Notes: generated from the letters alone by a model not told the origin. A DNA stretch of 64,000 bases from Zhongshania sp. (GCF_041584495.1 NZ_JBFHDY010000007.1:1231-65230); one strand, 5' to 3'; numbered from the stretch's first letter, positions 18,306 to 30,210 are shown. Numbers and translations: made by a program.

Positions 18306-18897
18306 TTAACGTTTTTGAGAAATGATATAAGCGTGCTTTTCTGGAAACTGATCCAATTCGAGATGAAAAATCGACAGTTCCATATTGAACAGAAATTGGC
18401 AGTTTTCGCGCAGGCCAATTGCGCTGCAATAAAAGGTATCGTTATGCCATTGGCCGCTATGCTCACCGTAGTCGTCGCCAAAGCTATAAATAAGTACACC
18501 GTGGTGGTTTAGCGTTTGACAAAGCTTTTTGAGCACGGGCTTTTGCATACTAAAAGGCAGGTGAAATAGGCTGTCCCAAGCAAGGATAAAATCAAAATTC
18601 TCATCGCTTTTCCAGTTGCAAATATCACTGTGTATAAAACTATGCTGAGGATGATTTGCTTGTGCGAGCGCGATCATTTCCGCAGATATGTTTAGCCGAT
18701 CACTGAAGAATTTTTCTGGTGAAGAGTACGGATAAACCGCCTCTGGGTCCCCAGCTAACATCCAGCGCCTTGCCGCCAGCAGTGCGAGCGCCAATCGCCG
18801 TTTCAAATTGCGTTACGCCGTAGCGTGAATCGCTATGTTGCTTATGCCACCAATGAACGATGTTGTTGTATTTTTCACCAGGTATTATTGGCTCCAT
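18306..18897 (-). pseudogene. Class I SAM-dependent methyltransferase with two frameshifts
   Basis: Frame A MEPII...GKALDVSWG; frame B RRFIRTLHQKNSSVIG; frame C LNISAEMIALAQANHP...FDFILAWDSLFHLP...HLELDQFPEKH. Together they form one continuous methyltransferase. Confidence 0.85.
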
Positions 18898-19281
18898 CTT
18901 TACGCCTCTCCTTGCTGCCAGTAGCCGTCGCACCTACTCGGGTAGCGGGCCGGCGAAAAAGAACTAAATTGAATGTCGCGCACTTGTGTAAGATTAGTCC
19001 ACAGCAGCTTGTGTGCGCGCAGCTTGCGGGTGACCCGAATGCTTTTTTCTAACTCCATGGTCTATCCTTTAGCGATATCCGTACACTAATTTTTTGAATG
19101 GGGCTTGGCTTGTGGCCTGCCGAGCAGGCATTAGTGTCATGCACGCATTTTAGAATGGGATATCTAGACCAGTGACATGGCTACCGGGCTGCTTAGGCGC
19201 TATTTGGCACCGACGCTTTGCTCAGCGTAGTCTAGTATAAGGGTGGCTTCGCCGACGGTGACGAATGATTTCTGGACTTCG

Positions 19282-19328
19282 ATACAGTAAAGCTATCGAT
19301 CTAATCTAAATATATAATTTTAAACTAT
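19282..19328 (+). promoter_or_regulatory. Putative OxyR binding site upstream of katG
   Basis: ATAC-N7-CTAT-N17-ATAA-N7-CTAT, i.e. two LysR/OxyR-type ATAG-N7-CTAT dyads, ~100 bp before the katG start. Confidence 0.55.
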
Positions 19329-19400
19329 TTATCGTCATTGCTATGGTGGTGTCATGCACAAGTAAGTACCGAAGATAATTAATGTGATTTATCAATTTAG

Positions 19401-21638
<2,238 letters not shown>

Positions 21639-21653
21639 TCATCCGCAATTGTA

Positions 21654-21683
21654 TTTAAGCGCCGTGTTAGCACGGCGCTTAAA
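21654..21683. terminator. Likely bidirectional terminator hairpin between convergent katG and the CoA-transferase gene
   Basis: TTTAAGCGCCGTG-ttag-CACGGCGCTTAAA, a 13-bp stem with A/T flanks. Confidence 0.65.
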
Positions 21684-22887
21684 TTACCGCGTCTTCTTTA
21701 AGCGCTGTTATGCGCTCCTCGTTAAACGCCAATAATTGGCTTAAAACCTCGTTGGTATGCTGGCCTAGGCTTGGGCCTGGCCATTGTGTGCTGCCGGGTG
21801 TACCGATTAATTTTGGCACCATGCCGGGAATAGTTAGGGTATCGCCGTTTACCTCCACTTTTTCAAACAAATCTCGGGCTTGAAAATGTGGGTCTTCGGC
21901 CATGTCTTGGGCATTGTAAATTGGCCCAGCGGGCACCCGTACCGCTTCTAATTGCTCGATAGTCGATTGAATGGTGTGGGTGGCACACCACTGGGCAATT
22001 GCGGTGTCGATTTTCTCTTGGTGAATAACCCGTCCGGCGTTGTCACTCATGGCCGGGTCCTTGGCAAAATCTTCGCGGCCAATGGCATTCATTAGTCGCT
22101 TGAAAATAGAGTCGCCATTGCCGCCAATAATCACGTATTTACCGTCGCTACAGCGGTAGGTATTGGTGGGCACAATGCCGGTAAGGGTGGTGCCAGAGGC
22201 TTGCCGAATAATACCTTCTTCTGCGTATTCGGGTACGACGGACTCCAGCATATTGAACATGGTTTCATAGAGCGCTACGTCGACGACCTGCCCTTTGTGG
22301 AGGCCGCGCTCGCGCGCGTTAAGGGCCATTAAAATACCGATGATGGCGTGCAGTGAGGCGATGCTGTCGCCGAGACTAAGGTTGGGTCTGACCGGGGCTT
22401 CACCGGGGAAACCATTCAAATGACGAAAGCCACTGATGCCTTCACATACCGAGGCAAAGCCAGGCTTGTCGGCATAGGGGCCGGTTTGGCCGTAACCGGA
22501 AATACGGGTGTAAACCAAATTGGGGTTATCGGCTTTTAAGTCGTCGGGCCCGAGCTGCCAGGCTTCCATCACACCGGGGCGAAAATTCTCCACCAGTACA
22601 TCGCACTGTTTAGCGAGGTCGCGAACAATGGCTTGGCCCTCGGGGTGGCGCAAATCGAGGGTTACCGACTTTTTATTGCGGCCAATGCTATACCACCACA
22701 GCGAGGTTTCGCCCCTCATGCTGCGCCAGCGGCGAATGGGGTCGCCAATACCGGGGGCTTCGATTTTGATTACCTCGGCTCCAAAATAGGCGAGCATGGC
22801 GGTAGTGAAAGGCCCCGCGATGAGCTGGCCCAATTCTAATATGCGAATACCCTGTAAAGGGCCGGTGTTGGCTGTGCTTGTGGTCAT
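21679..22887 (-). CDS. CaiB/BaiF (family III) CoA-transferase
   Basis: PLQGIRILELGQLIAGPF, GRNKKSVTLDLR, DVLVENFRPG and ISGYGQTGPY. Confidence 0.95.
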   Translation of the reverse strand: MTTSTANTGPLQGIRILELGQLIAGPFTTAMLAYFGAEVIKIEAPGIGDPIRRWRSMRGETSLWWYSIGRNKKSVTLDLRHPEGQAIVRDLAKQCDVLVENFRPGVMEAWQLGPDDLKADNPNLVYTRISGYGQTGPYADKPGFASVCEGISGFRHLNGFPGEAPVRPNLSLGDSIASLHAIIGILMALNARERGLHKGQVVDVALYETMFNMLESVVPEYAEEGIIRQASGTTLTGIVPTNTYRCSDGKYVIIGGNGDSIFKRLMNAIGREDFAKDPAMSDNAGRVIHQEKIDTAIAQWCATHTIQSTIEQLEAVRVPAGPIYNAQDMAEDPHFQARDLFEKVEVNGDTLTIPGMVPKLIGTPGSTQWPGPSLGQHTNEVLSQLLAFNEERITALKEDAVI

Positions 22888-22902
22888 GGCGTTGCTCTTT
22901 GC

Positions 22903-23289
22903 TTACGGGCGGTTGCGGCCGAGTTGATCGTGGCTCGATACCCATTCGTCAGAGACAATGGCGGCAGTCAGCGAAAGATCGCCAGCGAGTACTGTGGCGC
23001 CAATAATTTCGGCCAATTTTCGGGTTTTGCATTGGCCGTAGCAGTGCATCATTTCTAAGCATTCGCGCTGGGTGGGTAGGCCGGTGCCGCCGCCATAACT
23101 GGCGCAAATGATGGAGGGCCGTGTCACTGAGTAATACAAATCCCCGGCCGGAGTGAGATCCATAAAGGCGATGCCAGTGTGTTTAAGGCTGGCCCCGGTA
23201 TCAGCTTCAATAAACTCATGGCACAGTGTGGCGGCGGCTTCGGAATAACTGTCTTCTTTAAGGCCGGGAATTGGCTTACGTAAGCTCAT
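22903..23289 (-). pseudogene. Hydroxymethylglutaryl-CoA reductase (class I-like) with a large in-frame internal deletion
   Basis: C-terminal ~90 aa GDLYYSVTRPSIICASYGGGTGLPTQRECLEMM...KLAEIIGATVLAGDLSL...GRNRP is the HMGR C-terminus (GGGT motif). The N-terminal ~39 aa resemble the start of the bacterial full-length protein. The catalytic middle is absent; the ORF is only 128 aa. Confidence 0.8.
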
Positions 23290-23395
23290 TGTTGTCTCTT
23301 ATTTTTGTGGGAATGTGTACGGGATAGGCCGGACGAAAAGGTAAAATACCCCGAAGCACAGCGGAGGCTGGAATCTAAGCTGCCGACCTCCGACT

Positions 23396-24670
23396 TCAAG
23401 CCAGCGCAGCAACCTTAGTGGTCTCGCCTTCAGTGCGCGCAATAATGACCGCCGCGCAGGAATCGCTAAACACGTTCACGGCGGTGCGCACCATATCGAG
23501 AACGCGGTCAGTAACCAATAATAAGCCAATCCCTTCAAGAGGAAGCCCTATTGCACCGAGAATTACCGAGATGGCAACCAAGCTTGCGGCGGGGATTCCG
23601 GCCACACCAATAGAGGTGAGCAGGGCAATAATGACCACGGTAAATTGCTGCACCCAGGTCAGCTCAAGCCCGTAAACCTGGGCGATAAACATGGCGGCAA
23701 CGCACTCGTACAGGGCTGTGCCATCCATGTTAACAGTGGCGCCGAGGGGCAATACAAAGCCGCTTACCCGTTTCGACACCCCAGATTTTTCTTGAATGCT
23801 CTCAAGGGTCAAGGGCAAGGTAGCAGAGCTAGATGCGGTGGAGAAGGCGGTTAGCATTGCTGGGGTCATGGCCGCAAAATGGGCTTTGGGGTTAACTCTG
23901 CCCACGTAACGGAGTAAAAGTGGAAGTGCCACAAAGGCGTGAATTAATAAGGCCAACAAGGCCGTAAAGAAAAACAATAGCATGGGTTTGAACGCGGCAA
24001 ATCCGGTGGCGGCGACGGTCTTGGCCACTAAACCGAATACCCCGAGTGGGGCAAATTTCATCACCCACATGGTGATTTCGGTCATGATGTCCATCACCCC
24101 TTGCCAGAAATGCATAAGGGTGGCGGCGTGTTCGGATTTACTGCGCGCCAGAAAAAAGCCAAATAGCAGACTAAAAAAGATCAAGCCTAGCATTTGGCCG
24201 TTTGCGGCGGCCGCCACGACATTGGTGGGCACCATGCGCACAAACACTTGCACAACATCGGCCATACCGCGCCCTTCGACCTTGGCCAAGGTGTCGCTCA
24301 ATTCTGGGTCGCTGCTGCTGATGGTGGCAGCAAGGGCTTGGTTGTCACCGCTGCCCGGCGCGATAATATTCACCACGGCCAAGCCAATGAGTATGGCAAT
24401 AAGGCTGCTGGAAGCGTAAAAGAGCAGAGTTTTGCCGCCGAGCTTCTCTAATTTATCACCGCCTACGCCCGCCATGCCGCTAATAATGGAGGCCACTACC
24501 AGCGGCACGATGAGCATTTTTAAGGCGTTAAGAAAAAGGGTGCCAAGAAACTCATATACCGATATAAAAGCCAGCCCGCCTATACCGCCGTCGGCGCCGC
24601 CGAGTATTCCGGCCAATACCGCAAGAAGAATGGCGATGCCAATTTGCCAGTGCAGGGGAATAGTGCGCAT
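23396..24670 (-). CDS. Dicarboxylate/amino acid:cation symporter (DAACS, GltP-like)
   Basis: FLNALKMLIVPLV, AFSTASSSATLP, PLGATVNMDGTALYE and DRVLDMVRTAVNV. Confidence 0.95.
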   Translation of the reverse strand: MRTIPLHWQIGIAILLAVLAGILGGADGGIGGLAFISVYEFLGTLFLNALKMLIVPLVVASIISGMAGVGGDKLEKLGGKTLLFYASSSLIAILIGLAVVNIIAPGSGDNQALAATISSSDPELSDTLAKVEGRGMADVVQVFVRMVPTNVVAAAANGQMLGLIFFSLLFGFFLARSKSEHAATLMHFWQGVMDIMTEITMWVMKFAPLGVFGLVAKTVAATGFAAFKPMLLFFFTALLALLIHAFVALPLLLRYVGRVNPKAHFAAMTPAMLTAFSTASSSATLPLTLESIQEKSGVSKRVSGFVLPLGATVNMDGTALYECVAAMFIAQVYGLELTWVQQFTVVIIALLTSIGVAGIPAASLVAISVILGAIGLPLEGIGLLLVTDRVLDMVRTAVNVFSDSCAAVIIARTEGETTKVAALA

Positions 24671-24826
24671 GTGCTATTTACTCTTTAATTGTAGTGGCTG
24701 AGCGACATAGCGCTTTACTTTAGCACGCCTTCGTCCGACGTCGGAAGTCGGACCGGGCAGTACGCCTCAACTTGGGCGTATGGCTGCGTATGATTTTTCG
24801 TCAGACATCAGACGCCGGACTTACGA

Positions 24827-25447
24827 CTAATTTTTGACCGCTATTCCATAATACATATACCCCGCGATTCGCGGTGTGTCGTCTACATAGCATTGTTCAA
24901 GGCTGTTAATTTTAAATCCACAGGCGGTGATGAGCTCGGGAATGCGGCGGTTGAGGTGGCATCCCCCCGCTAGCTTTTTCCATACAGGGGTGATGCGGTT
25001 TTGCCAGTTTTGAATATTGTGGTCCGGCGCCAGGCCGTGCTCACAAAATAGTAATTTGCCACCTGGCTTTAGTACCCGCCGCATTTGCTGCAGGGCCTGC
25101 TGCCAGTCGGGGATGGTGCATAGGGTGTAGGTGAGTAATACGGTGTCGACACTATTGTCGTCTAGGGCGATGTCTTCGCCGTTTAAATTGAGCCACTTTA
25201 CGTTGAGATTGGTGTTTTTTAGATTTGCGCGGGCCTTTTTACGCATGCCTTCGGAGGGTTCAAGTCCCCAAATAAAGTCGATGTTGTCGGCTTGATACAG
25301 CGCTAAGTTAATACCGCTGCCCATGCCGACCTCCAGCACCACCCCGCTTGCCAGTGGCACGATTTTTTCTCGGAGCGCCATAATTGGCGCCATCGAGCAG
25401 GCTTTGTCGATAACAAAGGGAAGTATTTTATTTTCGTAAAAGCCCAT
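24827..25447 (-). CDS. Class I SAM-dependent methyltransferase (phospholipid N-methyltransferase-like)
   Basis: VLEVGMGSGINL, DTVLLTYTLCTIPD, RVLKPGGKLLFCEHG and GGCHLNR. Confidence 0.9.
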   Translation of the reverse strand: MGFYENKILPFVIDKACSMAPIMALREKIVPLASGVVLEVGMGSGINLALYQADNIDFIWGLEPSEGMRKKARANLKNTNLNVKWLNLNGEDIALDDNSVDTVLLTYTLCTIPDWQQALQQMRRVLKPGGKLLFCEHGLAPDHNIQNWQNRITPVWKKLAGGCHLNRRIPELITACGFKINSLEQCYVDDTPRIAGYMYYGIAVKN

Positions 25448-25817
25448 ATTGTTCTTCCTATTAGGGTGTTTTGACGTATCTCATAGCTGATATGCGAGTA
25501 TTCCACAATACCGGAGATTGGCAAGTGTTGTTTTCAAGGCAAACATGCTACATAAATAGCAATAAATGCCCCCTCACGTTGCCTCTAGTAGGCGACAAAT
25601 TCTTGGCTGCGGAGTCAGACCGGTTTCTCACGGGTGAATCAATGAAATTCCCTAAGACGCTCGACGGCACCTACAATGAAACCGTGCCTTATTTTGAGTG
25701 TGTGGTTGGTCCAAACATCCCGTCTGACAGTTGTCCGGTGGATCAGCTTCAGCTCTAGCTTATTGGATAAAGAGGCGCTGCCTGTTACTCCTTGGTAGCG
25801 CGTGTTTAGTATCGACA

Positions 25818-25847
25818 TTGACCGCGTTAAAAAGCAGTGACTATACT
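25818..25847 (+). promoter_or_regulatory. Putative sigma70 promoter for the PP2C-FHA pair
   Basis: TTGACC-N18-TATACT, ending 35 bp before the PP2C ATG. Confidence 0.5.
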
Positions 25848-25882
25848 CAGTTCTTAATAATGTAGAGCTTTGGCGCAAATTC

Positions 25883-26698
25883 ATGGATGAGAATATACAT
25901 TTTCGTGCTTTTGGCATCACTGATATAGGTCAAGTGCGCGAACATAATGAAGATGCTATTGGTCTAGCCATAGACCAAGGCTATATGGTGGTGGCCGATG
26001 GTATGGGTGGCCACAACGCGGGCGAGGTTGCTAGCACCATTGCCATTGATGAAATTGCTCGTCACCTGTCCTTTAGTGATTGTCCGGCGCCTAGCACCGA
26101 CAATACGGTGTATTCTCCGCAGACCTTGCATCTTCGCGATGCGGTAGTTGTTGCTAATGCGGCGATCCTCGATGCTGCGAAACAAGATGATACCCGTCAA
26201 GGTATGGGCACCACGGTAGTGGCCATGCAATTCACGGCTAACCGCGTGGCTATCGCCCATGTTGGGGACTCGCGCTTATACCGGTTTCGCGAGGGGTTTT
26301 TAGATCAGCTCACTACCGATCACACCCTGGTGCAGGAATGGCTGACCCGCAAGTTGTATACCGAAGAAGAAGCCCGCAATGCCAAAAACAAAAATGTCAT
26401 CACCCGCGCGCTTGGTTTGTTTGAGGAACTTGAGGTAGATTTATTAGAAGAACTGGTTCGCAGTAAGGATCTCTATTTGCTGTGTTCCGATGGCTTGAGC
26501 GGTATGCTCGATGATACTGAAATCAGCAAGGTGTTAAGTAAACACGGGCAGGAGCCCGAAGCCGCCGCAATGTTACTGCTGAAACTGGCAAATATGGCCG
26601 GTGGTAAAGATAATATTTCTATTATTGTTGTGTGTGTTGATGAGGTGGTCGCCGGACAAGACGATGCGTTAGACGAAACGCTTGACTGGTTCGACTAG
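25883..26698 (+). CDS. PP2C-family Ser/Thr protein phosphatase (Stp1/PppA-like)
   Basis: TDIGQVREHNEDA, VVADGMGGHNAGEVAS, HVGDSRLY, LLCSDGLS and GGKDNIS. Confidence 0.95.
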   Translation: MDENIHFRAFGITDIGQVREHNEDAIGLAIDQGYMVVADGMGGHNAGEVASTIAIDEIARHLSFSDCPAPSTDNTVYSPQTLHLRDAVVVANAAILDAAKQDDTRQGMGTTVVAMQFTANRVAIAHVGDSRLYRFREGFLDQLTTDHTLVQEWLTRKLYTEEEARNAKNKNVITRALGLFEELEVDLLEELVRSKDLYLLCSDGLSGMLDDTEISKVLSKHGQEPEAAAMLLLKLANMAGGKDNISIIVVCVDEVVAGQDDALDETLDWFD

Positions 26699-26726
26699 GG
26701 AAATAGCTCAGTAACGGATTTGAATT

Positions 26727-27371
26727 ATGGCAAAGCTGGTTCTCAGTTTTCAGGGTAGAGTGCTTGAGGATTTTCCCCTCGACAAAGAGCGGGTCACTAT
26801 TGGCCGGGCGGCCGATAATGATATTTGCATAGAAAACCTTGCTGTGAGTGGTCGTCATGCTGCGGTCGAAACCTTTCAGAATGACAGCTTTCTGATTGAT
26901 TTAGGCAGTACCAATGGCACCTTGGTTAATGGCAATCCGGTGACCCGCCATGCCTTGCGCAGTGGCGATTACATCACTATTGGTAAGCATTCACTTACCT
27001 ATCACGGCCTACAGCGCACTGCAGACACAGATGACGAGGTCGAAAAGACCATTGCCATTCGCCCTGCGATGCGCAGTGCCGAAGCCGCGCCAGTAGCCCT
27101 GTTAGGGTATTTGCGGGTGCAGAATGGTGGGGCCGCTGGTCGGGAAATGGTATTGAGCAAAGCCCAGACCAAATTAGGTAAAGCGGGCTTGCAAGTGGCG
27201 GCAATTAGTCGACGCCAGCAAGATTACTACTTGGAGCATATCGAAGGCCAAGATGGTCGCACTCCGACGATTAACGGCGTACAGATTGGTTTGCAGCCGC
27301 GTAAATTAGCGCATGGCGACATCTTGGAGATTGCCAATACGCGCTTGGGTTTTGAATTGCGGCCGGCGTAA
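26727..27371 (+). CDS. FHA domain protein (canonical N-terminal FHA plus a degenerate second FHA-like domain)
   Basis: TIGRAADNDI...VSGRHA...DLGSTNGTLVNG; second domain TINGVQIG...LAHGDILEI. Confidence 0.9.
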   Translation: MAKLVLSFQGRVLEDFPLDKERVTIGRAADNDICIENLAVSGRHAAVETFQNDSFLIDLGSTNGTLVNGNPVTRHALRSGDYITIGKHSLTYHGLQRTADTDDEVEKTIAIRPAMRSAEAAPVALLGYLRVQNGGAAGREMVLSKAQTKLGKAGLQVAAISRRQQDYYLEHIEGQDGRTPTINGVQIGLQPRKLAHGDILEIANTRLGFELRPA

Positions 27372-27922
27372 TACTGAGCGGGTTTTCAATAAAATTGTGA
27401 ACACATAAAAATGGGGGCGCTTTGTGGGCGTTGATTTTGATTGTGGAAATCGATGTCAACGGCGGGTGCGGGAGCCTATTTGTGGCACTTAACGCAATGA
27501 ACCGGATAGGCGATGTTTAGAAAAATGCAATTTTCAAGAACAACGGGCTACAGATGATCTTAGTGAGCAAATTGAAGAGTGTATTGATGAGCGGGATTGG
27601 GTCAAAGATAAGTTAGAAGACATTGAGTAGATTATAAAAGTGTGCAATCGCGAGTATTGGCCTTATATGACCAATATGGGCAGGTTAACGATGAAATAGT
27701 ATCAGTTGCCAATAGCAACGAAAGTGCTGTTGCGGAGTTGGATTAGTTCCTAGCTCAATTACTCCCAGCAATATTTTATATACTGAATAGTGAGTTTAGC
27801 GCTGACGGTGTGAATTCGGTATCGTAGCGATCAGATTAAGGGCGTCATTTCCCCCCTGAATCTAATAGCGCAGAATTGACTCACTAGGTGAGCTGAGTGG
27901 TAATCGACTAAGCACAGTATGG

Positions 27923-27954
27923 AAACAAAAAAACGGCTGCCTCAGTGGCAGCCG
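27923..27954 (-). terminator. Rho-independent terminator of the rubredoxin-reductase gene
   Basis: Minus strand CGGCTGCC-actga-GGCAGCCG followed by TTTTTTTGTTT. Confidence 0.85.
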
Positions 27955-28014
27955 CTTCAATCAAAAATGCCAAGGCGTTTTAGGCCATGGCATTCATACC
28001 AACAAGGCATTTCG

Positions 28015-29385
28015 CTAAGGCATAATCGCCGGCAACTGCTTTTGCAGGGCCATTTTCTGCTTAGTGCCTTCGCCGGTTAAAGCGAAGCCAAGTAATTCGC
28101 CATTCGTGCCGACAAAACGCGCTACTACATTGACGCCATCTTGTTCGATTTCCCAGCTGCCTTTAGCATCTCTAGGCGCAGGGCTAACCGTGACGGGGCA
28201 AGCCGGTGTTTTAATGGTGACCGGCATGGCGGGGTAGCTGACCTCGGTGGCGTCGCCGGTGAGGGTTTTGGCCAAGGCGCGGGCCTGGGCCATGAGTGGG
28301 GCAACATAAACCAGAACGTGGCCAGCGACTTCTGCGCAGTCACCCATGGCGTAGACATTGGGCGCACTGGTTTCGAGTAGGCGGTTGGTTGCGATACCTC
28401 GGTTTACTGTGATGCCAGCGTCTTGGGCGAGCTTGATTTGCGGACGCACGCCAACGGCGGACAAGACCAAGTCACAGTGAATAGTTTCGCCATTGTTGAG
28501 GCTCACTGCCAGTGCATTACCCGCGTTATTTACCTCAGTTACCAGCGGCCCAAAATGGAATTTTGCGCCCTTGGCTTCGAGGCCTGCTTGCACGGCTTTT
28601 CCTGCGGCTTCGGGTAGTAGGGTAGGAATACAGTAACCGAGTGGGTCGACGGTTTCTGTTTCAATGCCACCATTGAGCAGGTCGTTGGTAAATTCGCAGC
28701 CGATAAGACCGCCGCCAATAATGCAGACTTTCTTCACGTTGTTTTTTGCCACCGCGGTGCGGAAGTCGTCATAGTCCAGCAAATCATTAACCGAGTAGAC
28801 GTATTCCAAGGCATTACCTTTGATGGGCGGCCGGATAACATCGGCGCCCAGTGCCAAGACCAGCTTTTTGTAATGTACTTGGGTGGCTTGGTCGCCAATG
28901 GTAATGGTTTGGCTGGCGGTGTTGATGGCGGTGACTTTGGTTAGCGTCCACACGCTGGCATTAAGGTCTTCACCCATGCCGCCAGCATCTTTCTGGGCGA
29001 GGGCGTCGGCGTCCATATTTTTGGTGAAGCCGGTTGATAGCATTGGCTTGGAATAGGCACGGCCGTCGTCGGCGCTAATCATAATGATGGGGCTGTCTTT
29101 ATCGTATTTGCGAATCTCGCGAACCAGGCCGTAACCAGCTAAACCGGTGCCAATAACCACAATGGCGGCTTCAGCGCTGGCAGAGGCGGGTTCTTCATGA
29201 TGGGGTATATCGCTTTCTTCCGACTTTTCAATCATTTCAAAGTCTTCTTTACCCACGCCGCAGTCCGGGCATAGCCAGTCGTCGGGAATGTCCTCCCAGC
29301 GCGTGCCTGCGGCGATTCCGGAATCCGGGTCACCCACGGCTTCGTCATAGACCCAACCGCAAACAATACATTCCCATTTACTCAT
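28015..29385 (-). CDS. Rubredoxin fused to NAD(P)H:rubredoxin reductase (FAD-dependent oxidoreductase)
   Basis: Residues 1-53 are a rubredoxin (CIVCGWVYD...[13 protein letters not shown]). An acidic linker follows, then [36 protein letters not shown] and MPVTIKTP (RubB/AlkT-like). No stop between the domains. Confidence 0.95.
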   Translation of the reverse strand: MSKWECIVCGWVYDEAVGDPDSGIAAGTRWEDIPDDWLCPDCGVGKEDFEMIEKSEESDIPHHEEPASASAEAAIVVIGTGLAGYGLVREIRKYDKDSPIIMISADDGRAYSKPMLSTGFTKNMDADALAQKDAGGMGEDLNASVWTLTKVTAINTASQTITIGDQATQVHYKKLVLALGADVIRPPIKGNALEYVYSVNDLLDYDDFRTAVAKNNVKKVCIIGGGLIGCEFTNDLLNGGIETETVDPLGYCIPTLLPEAAGKAVQAGLEAKGAKFHFGPLVTEVNNAGNALAVSLNNGETIHCDLVLSAVGVRPQIKLAQDAGITVNRGIATNRLLETSAPNVYAMGDCAEVAGHVLVYVAPLMAQARALAKTLTGDATEVSYPAMPVTIKTPACPVTVSPAPRDAKGSWEIEQDGVNVVARFVGTNGELLGFALTGEGTKQKMALQKQLPAIMP

Positions 29386-29589
29386 TCGCTTACATCCCCT
29401 AAATACAGTGCTTCTATTGGTGAAGCTTAAATTAAAAAACCCCTAGATATCATGGTTCATTCGGCCGATATTGAAACTTGCAAGTCGCAGATGAATAACG
29501 CATTCTGCCGCCACACACAGTTAATTAGTGCTGCATATACTGCGGCCGAAGCCAACTATTTTCTTATACATCATTCTGGAAGGCCGCTA

Positions 29590-30150
29590 TTGTACGCTTT
29601 TCAAACAAGTCGAATCCAGACCGCTGAGCCATCCTGGTTGAGTGGTAAGCGACGTGCCGTCTCTCATTTACCGGCGAAAGAAGCTCGCTGGCTGCTGGAT
29701 ACCGGCTCTTTAACTGCCCATTTGCGTCGAGCTTCGGAGGGGCATTTCCACGTTGAGGTTTTGTCGCAGCGCTGGCAGTTGCCCCGCTTATCTGAGCGCC
29801 GCCTATTGAATATGGGCGATCGGGAATGGGGCTTGGTTCGCGAAGTGTTGCTCTGTTGCCGAAATGAGCCGTGGGTGTTTGCCCGCAGTGTTATGCCTGC
29901 CACCTCCCTGGTTGGGCGTTTGGCGCGCTTGCGCCATCTCGATAATCGGCCATTGGGCCATTTATTGTTCACCGACCCCATGATGTCCCGCGATCCTTAC
30001 GAGATTTGCCAACTGCCCACGGCAGATCTGTCGCTAGGTATAAGTCCTGATTCAGAGAAATTACTGTGGGGACGGCGGTCACGGTTTTTGCTGAGCCAAC
30101 ACCCTATTATGGTGAGTGAGATTTTTCTACCAGCGTTTTGCCCCTGGTAG
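29590..30150 (+). CDS. ubiC: Chorismate--pyruvate lyase
   Basis: WLLDTGSLTAHLR, REVLL...PWVFARSV, LDNRPLG and WGRRSRF...VSEIFLP; directly upstream of ubiA. Start codon uncertain (TTG at 29590 chosen). Confidence 0.9.
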   Translation: MYAFQTSRIQTAEPSWLSGKRRAVSHLPAKEARWLLDTGSLTAHLRRASEGHFHVEVLSQRWQLPRLSERRLLNMGDREWGLVREVLLCCRNEPWVFARSVMPATSLVGRLARLRHLDNRPLGHLLFTDPMMSRDPYEICQLPTADLSLGISPDSEKLLWGRRSRFLLSQHPIMVSEIFLPAFCPW

Positions 30151-30210
30151 TCGCTAATAGTGGGGCAATGAGTACTGGTATACTCAATTCAAAGTGCGAG
30201 CGAGTGAATT

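Noticed and set aside
18900-19270. Second methyltransferase relic (minus-strand GSHVTGLDI fragment)
   Set aside because: Only one short motif among many stops; insufficient evidence without a search.
24733-24820. TCCGAC/GTCGGA heptamer palindromes near both ends of the DAACS gene as transposon ends
   Set aside because: Short and imperfect, with no target-site duplication or transposase; treated as generic intergenic repeats.
25471-25920. ORFs 25471-25758 (+) and 25639-25920 (-)
   Set aside because: No RBS or motif support; the second overlaps the PP2C promoter and start on the opposite strand.
29452-29589. N-terminal extension of ubiC in the ORF track
   Set aside because: Not UbiC-like and lies in the divergent promoter region; the start is probably downstream.
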